A stretch of 51,810 nucleotides of DNA, counting the filler, from Bipalium vagum (taxonomy: Eukaryota): the NCBI GenBank assembly GCA_037834085.1. It is 3 parts of 3 records of this genome, joined end to end, with 100 filler letters (N's around TTAATTAATTAA, not from the genome) between each part and the next. Parts side by side here need not be neighbours in the genome. Positions count along the whole stretch, not along the records: positions 1 to 17,007 come from JBBMKC010083116.1; 2 more parts are not named here. One strand, 5' to 3'. The position numbers and the translations under genes were made by a program. This document shows positions 1 through 11,201 of this stretch, piece by piece. The notes below the pieces were generated by a model. It saw only the letters and a list, made by a program, of their open reading frames with translations. It was not told the origin of the DNA and did no database searches. Every line of letters starts with the position of its first letter. Position 1 is the first letter of the stretch.

Positions 1-71
<71 letters not shown>
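1..71. repeat. (TTA)n microsatellite at contig start
   Basis: Perfect trinucleotide run. Confidence 0.98.
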
Positions 72-929
72 TTACACAGAATATTATTAAGAGAAATTTA
101 AAATTGACAATATTATCAAGGTTTTTTCTCAGGCTAAAGTCTCACATTGAAATTTATCCAATTGGAAATTTAATTTCGAGTTTTAATCAATCGGAAGGAA
201 AACTTTCTTTTAATTTTATATTTTCTGGTTGATGAGAGATTTTGAACATTTATATAATAAATAATAATAAAAATATTATCTGGAAACTCAATAGTTTTCT
301 ACTTTATAACTCAGGTATATGTAATTGATTTTTAAAGAAATTTTATTTCTTCGTTCATTTAATGTATTAATATACTTTTCTAATATTAAAATAAATTATG
401 AAACCTCAGATCTCCGACTGAGAACCTAGAACTTTCCTGACAATTAACTCTAAGCTCTTTAATAGATAAGATGTACGTTTCAATTATTATCTATTTTAAT
501 TAAGAGCACAATATTTTTCATTATTTTTCCCTTTTGCATCTTCATAGTAAGATTTATTTTGAATTTTCAATATTAGTCTGTTATTGCAAAGAGAATAAAG
601 ATAATTATCTTTAATACTTTAATATATAATTATAAATAATGAGTACGACTTTCAATTCTTTCAAGAATCTGAAATTATCCCAGTCTCAGTAAATCTACGA
701 CCGAGAGAAATGTTGAAGACTGAATTTGTGTAATAATTATGCTCAGGTTATAAATTATAATTTTAATTCATATTTGACAGAGAGTACCTTTAAAAACCAG
801 TTAAATAATAAAAAAGTCAAAATTTCGAAGTTAACTTTACTTTTGTTTAAATAAATATACGTGGTGTGAATAAAATTTTCATAGATTCGTACAGAAATAA
901 AATTATTTTTTATATGAATACATCGACAT

Positions 930-1340
930 TTTTATATAATCAATCCCATTTTCTTGCGCATGTTCCGTTTCAAATTATTCCAAAGTGTTTCTATGTTCTT
1001 TGCGATAACATTTTTATCTTCAGGATTGACGAAATGCCTAAAATGATTGACTTATGATGTCGAAAATCCATTTTTGGCAGAAGATAAAGTAAGTTCGGAT
1101 ATGTTTTCAGTTCCCGGCTGTATTCTTCTAGAAATAATTCCTAATAAATTTTTGCCTTTCAATGCCACCGAATATCTGCTTAATATTCCACATTTTTCAT
1201 ATTCGGTTTTGACCAAGCGGCTTTCATTACCTTCGGCAATTACGAATTTACCAGTCTTACTATTTCTTCGGACAGATCAATTCATTAACCACAGATACGA
1301 TTTAACTTTCCAATCTCCATTCACACAGGAATAGAATAAT
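930..1340 (-). mobile_element. Decayed Merlin / IS1595 (ISXO2-like) transposase
   Basis: Reverse-strand fragments AEGNESRLVKTEY (cf. VEIDES..K.KY), IFGGIER, IISRRIQPGT, VNHFRHFVNPED, NIETLWNNLKR; frameshifted. Confidence 0.75.
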
Positions 1341-3467
1341 ATGCATTACGGATATGACTAATTTTAGAGTGATCCTTGAATTTGACACCATTGGATTGCA
1401 TGCTACAGGGTAGCAAAAGCATGTAAAATGTTCCTGCGTTTCATTACTAAAAATTTCTTAATATAAATATAAAATATATATTTATATTTATATACAGGAT
1501 GTGAATTAATTAGCTTTACAACTTTAAATGGTAATAAATTTTTGAATATTTGGTTTTATTTATATATTGGAATTATTTCCACATGTATTTTGACATGCAA
1601 TAATATCGTGGACAATTAGAGATAAGTTTTACTGAGTTTGATAAGAAATAAGTATTGTGAAAAAACTATCCTAAATTTTATTTCTTTCAAAAAAACTAAT
1701 TTCAAATTTTCTAGAAATGGTAGTACATAAAGCTTTGAAGCCAACTTATTTAAACCTAAAAGAAATTGATGAAGAAATTACAGATATATATGTAATATAT
1801 ATAATATATAGATATATATTATATATATAAGAAAATATAGATTTTTGTGATAATTGAAGTAAATAAAAATGGATGAAAAATAATTATTACTGGTGGTAAA
1901 TTACTAATAAGACATTATTTAAATAAAAAATAAAAACAGGAAATTATTCAATTACAATAATAAGTGTCACAGTAAAAAATAATTTTTATTTGACATTTTT
2001 ACAATAAATATTTAAAATAATATTATAAATATAAAAATAATATTATTTTAAATATGGAGAAAAGTGTAAAAAATTTAATTCCAAATCTAAAAGCATATTG
2101 TTATTCTTGTACTAATATACGTCATTTTAAGAATCTATGTCCGAATTATTATTATTTCAACTCCCTTGTAATGAGGACATCAGAATTATTATTCGTAAAG
2201 GAAATATCAATTTCACTTGTCCAGACTCATTAACTTTTGTCTTTTATTATATTAACGAATAAATAGTCACAATTATAAATCTGTCCAGTTGTATTTGCTG
2301 ATCAAAGGTTTGTTTTTTAAAAATAATATGAAAAGCGATCTAAAAATAATACTGTCAAAAGGTGAGAAAATATTCCGAAATGAGATTTATAAATTTTTAG
2401 GTAACCATTGATGCTGACCAAGAATACTAAAGTCTTGGTTGAAAAGTATTAAGAAGGTAAATCTCATTTTGTTGTTTTCTTCAAGGCTTCAAAAATAACA
2501 AAATTTCTGGATTATTCATTTGTAAAATATAAAATTCTCTAAAAATTAGATTTTTATTTAAATATTTAATATTAATACTTTTTATTTAATATTAAAAATA
2601 TAAAATATTCTTAATGATAGTCTCATAAAATAAAAAAATGAAACACTTTATCATATGATTCTTTCCTAAATATTACAGTTAAAAATATAAACCGAAGTTT
2701 GTCCGTTTTTATAATAGTACACCAATAAAATTATTAATCTTATACTGAAGAATGCACATATTATATTTTGGTGAAAAAAGTCATAACCGCTAGCAGTTGA
2801 CAAAAGATTAATTCAATTTTGATTTTTAATGCTATAAGTAAATTAAAATTCATATTTTATTTAAATTCCTTATAAAAATACCTCAATAGTATTATATTTA
2901 TCTTTTAAGGTTTTGAGTTATCAAAATAATAGTTATATAGAGCAAATTAAAAAAGATAAATAAAAATAAGAAAATTAACTTTAACTCTAAAAACTGAGAA
3001 GTTTCTTTTATATATATTAAATTTATGATTTTATTGTTTTTCTTTGAGAGATTTCTCTTTTATTCACATTTTTATTTTCTTTATAGCCTTTTATGATAGG
3101 AAAAGTAAACAGATTTCAGATTTTTATTTTTATACAATATCACAGTTAAAATAAATGATAAAACCCTTTGTAAAAATTTAATTTAATTATATACTTATTG
3201 TATATTTAATTAAATATTCTGTTATTAATTTCAATCTTTTTTATAAATTACTTTTTCAGAAATTATAATCTCATTGTATAGGACTTCGAAATGTATTAGA
3301 AATGTCAGATTATAAAAGATAAACATCAGGAATATTTTAAATAAACAATATTCATATTTTAAATATTATTGTTTAAACGTGCTAAAGTCATCATAATTTT
3401 CGTATATAGAACGCTTCAAAACTTAAAAAGTTTAAAACTTAAGATTTATTATTATCCATATTCCAGA

Positions 3468-3606
3468 ATGAAAGCTTGTCCATTTTTACTTAAAATGTCT
3501 ACCAGTTTGGTAAAATCTGAAGCCCAGCGACTTATAGTAAAATCTGGTGCAAGTTGTCCAATTTTTAGTCGTTATTTGTCTAGTAATGATTCCATAAAAA
3601 AAACAA
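3468..3606 (+). CDS. ALAS: ALAS exon 1 (presequence with two CP heme-regulatory motifs)
   Basis: [39 protein letters not shown]...; ATG preceded by ttccag|a; donor GTATTT at 3607. Confidence 0.85.
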
Positions 3607-6600
3607 GTATTTATCTTCATTTTCCTTGACATTTTATTATTACAGTTTTTTAGATGATGCTTCCCAAATCTTTGAGAAAAAATCTTCTTCAACCGACACT
3701 GTTAAAGAAGTTCATCAAATGAGTTCTAAGGTTGAAATGGGTTTGTCAGAAAATCAAAAAATAATCAATGAAAGTAAGGTCTGCTGACAAAGTTTTCATC
3801 TTATTTCTTAACAGTTAATAAGAACTTGGCCTCTACCTCATCGCTTAATAAAGACCAACAATCGTCTGTTGTTGACGATGATGATGTGGAACCTGCTAAG
3901 CACATACCGAAGACCCAGAGTTGTACAAGACCAAAATCGCCATCAAGTTTCAAATATAATGAATTCTTTGAAGGAGAATTGGACAAGAAAAAGAATGATG
4001 ACACATACCGAGTATTTCGAAAACTACTTAGAAGAGCTGATAACTTTCCGTACGCAAAAGAAAAATCGCTTTGTAGCAAAGAGGTCTCTGTTTGGTGCTC
4101 CAATGATTATTTAGGGATGAGTTGGCATCCTTTGGTAATGGAATCAGCTATGTAAGTCTTTTTGTGTGTCATCTTAACTGATAATGTTTAAAGTATCACC
4201 AAATATGACCAATTTCTTTCCATATTTGAAATTGAAAAAACTCGTTGCTATAATAATAGTCAATAGTGTCATTGGAAAACCATTCCTTTATTGACAGATC
4301 ATTTTTTCAATGATCCTTTAATTTTTTTGATAAAGCTCGTTTTTTTTTTCGACAAGTCGTAATTGTTTTTTCCATAAAATAAATTGTGAATCTTGATTAT
4401 CAGATATCGATTATTAAATAATCTCAATTAGGGGTTACTCAATCACCAATTTTGCGGAAAAGTGGTTATTCAATAAGGTAACGTTGAATCAGCAGTTTTG
4501 GTTTCCGAAAATCAATTTCGATGTTTATCTTATCCTTATCGTTACTGAAATTTTGACTTGGAGTCTGTTTATTATCATGGGCAGTTCATTTCATGTTTTC
4601 GTTTGATTGGGTGATTGATGAAACATGTTGAACGGAAATATTTACTCAAAGCACTGATATATCTGATAAACATTGTTTTAATTAATCGGTTTTTTGTTTA
4701 AATCCGTCAAACTTTCTGTCTCATATTTTTCTAATTATCTCACACAATCAATAATAAGTATTACTATTATACACAAAGGTAGAAAGGATATATCAACGGT
4801 TTTCGGCGTATTACTTGTAATAATTATTTTCATTAAGTATTTTTTTCTTCATGTACGACTAAAGACAAAAAATCCTTCTGTTATATTAGCATTATTTTAT
4901 TATTATTAAATACTGAAAGCCATTTTATATCGTTAAGTGATATTAACAAGTCAAAATTGCTGAAAAGCCTATCCAGTTAAATTTGATTAGGTTTGATAAG
5001 GATCAACGAAAATTTTCCACAATTTGTAGAGACAGAGCTGAAAAGGTTAGAATTCTATTTCGTTTCATAAAAGGAGATCATGTTAAAATGGTGCCCAATT
5101 TGACACGATTGATTGTTCGAAAACTGTGACTTACTTTCTCTTACTATTGTGAAATTGTAGTAACATTCTCAAAAGAAGCACCATTGTTTAATGACTGGCT
5201 TAGGGGAGTCTGCACTTTTATTATTTTCCGTTACAGCTATCCTCAATATCATCTTACTTTATTTCTTTCTCTTCCCATCGAGACAAGGCGAACAGTTTCA
5301 TTAAAATCACCAAGAGTTGTTCTAATACAAAATATAAGTAATCTTTGAAAAATCTCAACTCATTACAATTGAAAATAGAAGACAAAAGAAAGTGATTTGA
5401 CTATTACTTTAATTACTCTTATCTTGCCCTTTGATTGTTGAGATATCCAATTCAGATATCATTTAAGAAAAAGGATATAGAATGAGGAAATGCAAAATAT
5501 TTAGTGAACAAATTCAGCTGGATTTGCAAAACACTTATTTGTTTAGTCGTAATAAAAATTGATCTTAGTTGAACCTTGAATATATTATTATTGGTATTAT
5601 TTATATTTTCACGTGAATATTTTAGCAATGCCCTTCGGAAACACGGCGCTGGAAGTGGAGGAACGCGAAATATATCTGGAAATACATTACTGCATGAAGC
5701 TTTGGAAAATGAAGTTGCCAGACTCCACGGCAAGCAAGCCGCCTTAGTATTTTCAAGTTGCTATGTGGCCAATGAAGCTTGTCTATATACGCTTGGAACT
5801 CGTCTTCCGAATGTGGAAATCTTTTCCGATAGTGGAAATCATGCAAGCATGATCCACGGTATTCGCACTAGTAAAGCGAGAAAATTAATTTATCGACATA
5901 ATGATATTCGACATCTCGATCATTTGTTGTCGAGGACCACAACAGATGCTGCAAAGCTAGTAGCTTTTGAAACCGTTCATTCAATGACAGGAGATATTTG
6001 TCCTTTGGAAAAGTTGTTGGACGTGTGTGAAAGGCATAACGCCTTAACTTTCGTTGATGAGGTCCATGCTGTGGGCTTATATGGAGATCATGGAGCAGGA
6101 GTTGCTGAAAGAGAAGGTCTTATGAATCGTATTGATATTATATCGGGTACTCTAGGAAAAGTAAGTCTATTTATGCATACTTATTAGCAATTAATTAATA
6201 TTTTTGTTTATCTGAATGAAACTGAAATATAAAAAATGCAACATGGCCCATTTTTATTTTAAATTGAGAAACATTAATAATTGTAAAAAGTATTTTTGTA
6301 TGTTCTCTAAACGAGACCTTTTTTATTGGCCTTATGGTTCAATAATGTGCAAGAATGTCATTCCCAACCCTTTATATTTGGAAAAATCTTCAATATCCAT
6401 GTTGTATTGTTTTAAGAAATAATTGAGTGTTAATCTTACCTCCAGTAATAAAGATTCAAATTTCGATTTTTCATTGTCATGGAAATTTATTTTTATTTCT
6501 AATATCTGTGAGACTCAAAGTAGGTTCCAAAGTTATAGAACTATTTGCGATCGGTAAGTATTAATTTTCAAATATAAAATTCCAGTGACCATAATGAAGA

Positions 6601-7922
6601 AAAATTATAATAATATGGTATTGTTTAAGTTAAGCTTAAACAAAAGGTGTATAATTACTTAATGGTATGATCAATACCATAAGAAATAATATCATTCATA
6701 ATAAAAGTTGAGACTTTACCGATTTGATGAGATATTGAATGTGTAAAAAACTTAATTGAAATATTTTCTTACAAATTGAAATCTTTTTCCTGTTTATATA
6801 TGCTCTGAATCATATTTCCGTTGAGATCAAAACTTGGGTGAAAAATTAAGAACTTTTTAATGGAGTATTATGAAAATATATGTCAATATATGCATCTGAT
6901 CTCAACTTTCCCGGAATTATATCTGAAAAAAACTCTTCTTACTATTAATCTGGTCATTCATAAAATTTTATTGGCATGGTTCTAGTTGGTACTTGATTCA
7001 TTTTTTGACAGAAAATATTTCCTTGAAATTTCCAAAAATTTTGCAAATTTAATGAATTCATTCTGTGAATAATTTCAATTATTCTGCCATTGGAAAACAA
7101 ATATAAATTTGCTATTGATGTCTTCTGGAGATTTCACTACTGCTATTTCAAATCTACTCCACATCTTCCTATGTGAAAATAAAAATATTCAATACAGATT
7201 TTTTAAAAAATTAATATTTAAATTTATATTGGGTGAATAGTTTTAAAAAATCGATATTTTATAATTATTTTCATTTAAAATATTAATTAAATTTCTATTA
7301 ATTCGTAAATATAAATAATTACCAATTCTGTTTATTGTAAAGTTTGTAACCCATCTTTATTAAGGCTTTTGGCAATGTCGGTGGTTATATCGCTGGTGAC
7401 CAGGCACTAGTTGACATGATTCGTAATTACGCAGCGGGTTTTATATTCACCACAAGTTTGCCTCCGCACGTCATTGCTGGAGCCAGAAAAGCAATAGACA
7501 TTTTAGCCAGCAGTGAAGGTCAGCAATTACGGTCCCAACATCAGCATGTGGTTCGCACGTTAAAAACTTTGCTGCAACAAGAGGGAATTCCAGTTATCGA
7601 CTGTCCAAGTCACATAATTCCCGTTCACGTATGACAATTTTTAGAAATTCTGACAATTACTCGGAATCTTTAGGTCGGACACCCGGGCTTGTGCACTCAT
7701 GTCAGCAACGAACTGTTGCACAAATATAAGATTTACGTGCAGGCCATTAACCATCCGACCGTGGCCATTGGAGAAGAAAGGTTAAGAATCGCCCCATCGC
7801 CACATCATACTATACCCATGGTGCACGATTTGGTGTCAGCACTTGTCAAAGTATGGAGGGAGAATAACTTGCCTTTCGACTCTAATTCCACGGAGAGACC
7901 GGTCAGGGCTATGACTTTGTAA
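3468..7922 (+). CDS. ALAS: 5-aminolevulinate synthase, mitochondrial precursor; 6 coding exons: 3468-3606, 3654-3773, 3815-4151, 5626-6160, 7365-7628, 7674-7922 (1644 nt, 547 aa)
   Basis: Manual GT-AG splicing gives a phase-consistent ORF. It has N-terminal CP motifs (KACPFL, ASCPIF) and the motifs [69 protein letters not shown]|AFG (PLP lysine), [26 protein letters not shown] and ERLRI. It ends at TAA 7920-7922. Confidence 0.96.
3654..3773 (+). CDS. ALAS: ALAS exon 2 (poorly conserved linker)
   Basis: 120-nt open frame, phase 1 to phase 1, between TAG acceptor 3653 and GTAAGG donor 3774; the acceptor choice is somewhat uncertain. Confidence 0.72.
3815..4151 (+). CDS. ALAS: ALAS exon 3
   Basis: ACAG acceptor 3814, GTAAGT donor 4152; encodes FKYNEFF...[10 protein letters not shown]...[14 protein letters not shown]. 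Confidence 0.93.
4900..5330 (-). mobile_element. Highly decayed LINE (APE/RT) relic in ALAS intron 3
   Basis: Ordered reverse-strand fragments LGDFN, NNKSADS (cf. NKSPGPDG), FRTIN (cf. YRPI), FVD. Confidence 0.4.
5626..6160 (+). CDS. ALAS: ALAS exon 4 (PLP-binding core)
   Basis: TTTAG acceptor 5625, GTAAGT donor 6161; [12 protein letters not shown] through DIISGTLGK. Confidence 0.96.
7365..7628 (+). CDS. ALAS: ALAS exon 5
   Basis: TAAG acceptor 7364; [10 protein letters not shown]...FIFTTSLPP...SHIIPVH; GTATGA donor 7629. Confidence 0.95.
7674..7922 (+). CDS. ALAS: ALAS exon 6 (terminal)
   Basis: TTTAG acceptor 7673; VGHPGLC...[25 protein letters not shown]...; TAA stop. Confidence 0.94.
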   Translation, partial: VGHPGLCTHVSNELLHKYKIYVQAINHPTVAIGEERLRIAPSPHHTIPMVHDLVSALVKVWRENNLPFDSNSTERPVRAMTL

Positions 7923-7977
7923 AAGGAAGCTGGTGTGGTGTTTTGTGATTATTAGAAAAGATTGTTAGGTTTTGTTT

Positions 7978-7983
7978 AATAAA
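7978..7983 (+). promoter_or_regulatory. Candidate polyadenylation signal of ALAS
   Basis: AATAAA 55 nt after the stop, followed by a T/GT-rich tract; AATAAA is common by chance in this AT-rich DNA. Confidence 0.5.
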
Positions 7984-9658
7984 TTATAACGAAACTTTTC
8001 TGTTTCTTTTTTTCAACCATGTATTAATTTTGAGAGATTTGGAAGTTTAGAACTTTGAATCAATTCTTTTTTACGCTCTAAGGATCTGTCAATTTGGTTT
8101 GAAAGTGATTTTAATACGAGTTTTTATTATAATAATTATGTTGGTTCACACAAGTTGATTCTTGAGACATAAAATATTGTTCTTGTTTCATTATCTTATT
8201 AAATGACGGTAAGAAATATTCACCAATTAAGGACATATCAAAAAATTAAATAATTTATGTATTTTTAGCGAGAATAGTTCAAACACATTTTTTAATAGAT
8301 GTACTTTTAAAATTTCTTGTGATTTCAAAAAAAATATTAGTTTTTAAAAAGTTCATGAAGATTTCTGAAAGAATTTCAAAAGAATTGTTTAAATCATACA
8401 AATAGATCTATTTGAATTGTGGAAAATTTCCCTACTTTCCTGTATCGAAATAGGCAAACTTATCAAACTCCTCACTTTATTGATAACGTGTTCGTTAAAT
8501 CTAAACTACTACGAAAATCTATTCTCTGTTGAATCAACATAACTCCAATAAAACTTTATCGTGTGTTTACACTAAAATGAATGAAATTAATCACAAAAAA
8601 ACTTTATTACACTTATTACAATAAAAAATAAGAAAAAATCGATAATCACAATAAATGTTTAGTCCTTCGAAAATCTTCAAATTATAATTATAATAGTCTT
8701 CAAATAAACAGCGAAATTTAATTAGTTTATTTATCAATGGCAAATAAACAAAAACCCGTTCAATAATATTTTAGTATTGTTACTATTATACCTTTCAAAA
8801 GTAACCTTCGCTCGTCTATCAGTAACTCCTCACTTTAATGATGTTGTTCTAATAATTCTATTAGACTTAACTGAATCAAAACACTCACAATAAAACTATT
8901 ATAAATGTAGCAACAGCCTGATACAACAAAATTCGCTCACACACTAGCAAATCTCCAACAAAAAATATGTCCAATACTCAAAACAAATTGGCTTTAACGT
9001 CAAATAATCAAAATCGAGTCAATGGTTAAAATAATAATAAACAAAAAAATGAATGATAATAATAGTCCAAAAATAGAAAGAGAGGAATGATCACAAAGAA
9101 AGAGCTCGAGAGTTGCAAAATAAAACAGTATTACCAGCAGCGACAAGGCATCCCAGGGTCGTCCTCTAGGTTCTTTGCATGTCACCTAGGGATTCCCAAA
9201 CTCGATGGGTCCCCTTGATAAATCATCTTGCGAAAGCATATCCACTAAATTAAAAACTGGGATTCTTGAACTGTCCTCAGGTCCTTCCTCTGTAATTCTA
9301 ATCACCTCTGAAATTAGTTGTTTGGGCTCTGAAAAATCATTTTTACGTTTCTTTAAATACCCATAGAGATTGGGTTTGGATCACCAATCCCTACGCTTCG
9401 AAACGGCTGTTTCCATGAATAACCCATAAATCCCAACTTTATCTCCACGCCGAGATAAAGTTAAGGAGAAATTCGAATTAACTATAATTTGTCCTCAATG
9501 TTTTGCGTATGAACCATGCTATTAGTTGGATTGAAAAAATTGATTGAGTGATTCACAGAGAAATGATTGAAATTCATCTCAGGCAATAAACTCGGCAGAT
9601 TTTCGTATGCTACCCGGCTATCACTCATGCTAATTGTTCCTGGTAAAATTCTTCTATG

Positions 9659-10255
9659 TATTACGTAAGTCAGAAAGTAATCTCGTTTTCATCACAAAAT
9701 TTTATTTTACAAATTTTTATATTTAAATTTATCATAAATCAATAACATAATCTCCATTATTTTTACTATAGCCTGCCACTTGTCAACCAAGCATTTAATA
9801 CCTTTTTCAAAGAACGAGGAAGATTTAGAGTCAATAAATGACGGTCTCCTTTTTGATCTGATCTTCATTTTGAAATCTTTTTCCAGACAAGAAATGCTGC
9901 AAAGATATGAAGAGGTGAAAATCTATTGGAGCAATGTCTGGGCTATATGGTTGGTGAGCCATAACTTCCCATCCTAAGTCTTTAATTTTTTAGATGTGAT
10001 CTTCGAGGTGTGTGGCCTGGCATTGTCCTGGTGAAAAATGACACCATTTCTGTTGACTATAGCTGGACGAATTTTAATCAAGTTCTCATTTAATTTGTCC
10101 AATTGATCACAGTATTTGTTGCCATCAATTGTCTGATTTGATTCGAGCAATTCCCAATAGATTATCCCACGACAAATTATCCCAACAAATGCAAAGCATA
10201 GCCTTTTTAAGATGAAGACCATGTTTTGGTGTTGGAATCGGGGTTTCCACCTGGA
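9659..10255 (-). mobile_element. Mariner DD34D relic (3' half with one TIR-like end)
   Basis: GIIYWELL...FHQDNARPH...(frameshift)LGWEVMAHQPYSPDIAPIDFHLF...KWQAIV..NGDY; 34 residues between the 2nd and 3rd D after frameshift correction; mariner-like end TA-TTACGTAAGTCAGAAAGTAAT at 9659. Confidence 0.9.
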
Positions 10256-11201
10256 AATAATAATACATTTTAAATTTGTATATTCATTTAATTAGCCAAT
10301 TTAAACAATTGGCGTGCAAAGGTTGTTTTTAAACCGTTATTTTAAATTTTAATTTAAATTTATTACTTAATAATTATTTTTCAAAATCATGTTATCACAT
10401 TTAGTTTCAATTTTAAATATTTTGTTTTTGTTCAAAAATTTTCTTGAATAAGAATTGAATTTTTACTTTAAATGTGAAATTTTTTTTAAATATAAAATTA
10501 CATCATTTTTCAAGCTGCTCTTTTAAATCAAAATGAAATATTGAATACAATTTTTAAAATTATAATAAACCTAATTGTGAATTATTAATTTTTATTAAGT
10601 TTCATGGTTGTTACTGTTTTTCAAATTTAATGAATTTTTTCGTATAATCAATATTATTAACTTGAATACCTATTTTACTTTTATATCGAATGAATATACT
10701 ATTATTTTTAAAATCAAATCTATCAATTTATGACAGAAATTTATAATCAGTATTAATTATTTGTATGTGAATAATTTTAATAAATGCTTAATTAAATTAA
10801 ATAATTTAAACATAAGGTTTCTTATAATTAAGTAATTAAATGGCAGAAACAAAATTTAACATGTACAAATTAATCGATAATTATTAGGTCAGGAGATATC
10901 GAATAGATTAAAAATAATATAAGATTAAATAAGATGAAATAACAATAAATTAATTGAATAAAAATTTATTATTAATAAATTTAATGGATCATATCAAATA
11001 TATGACATTTCTTTTTCATATATTTAAATTATCACGTATTTAAAATGAAAAATTATTGTACCTGAAAAATCAGTGGTCTCATCAATTTGAATCGCATATA
11101 TATTTTGAACTATTTTTTTATTATAAAAATTAGCTGTTCAAATTGATCTTTGCTAATATCTACAATTCGTCTACTAACTGTTGAATCTGGAAAAAATTTT
11201 T

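Noticed and set aside
1-71. Telomeres or nanochromosome ends suggested by (TTA)n at both window ends
   Set aside because: The same microsatellite occurs internally many times, and both ends carry it in the same orientation; assembly breaks at microsatellites explain it.
2700-3467. Iron-responsive element upstream of ALAS
   Set aside because: No CAGUGN loop on a 5-bp stem with a bulged C was found; CAGTTG near 2794 does not fit.
5626-6160. Bacterial origin of ALAS (GSGGTRN and ANEA variants)
   Set aside because: Spliceosomal introns and an animal-type presequence with CP motifs indicate an ordinary nuclear ALAS.
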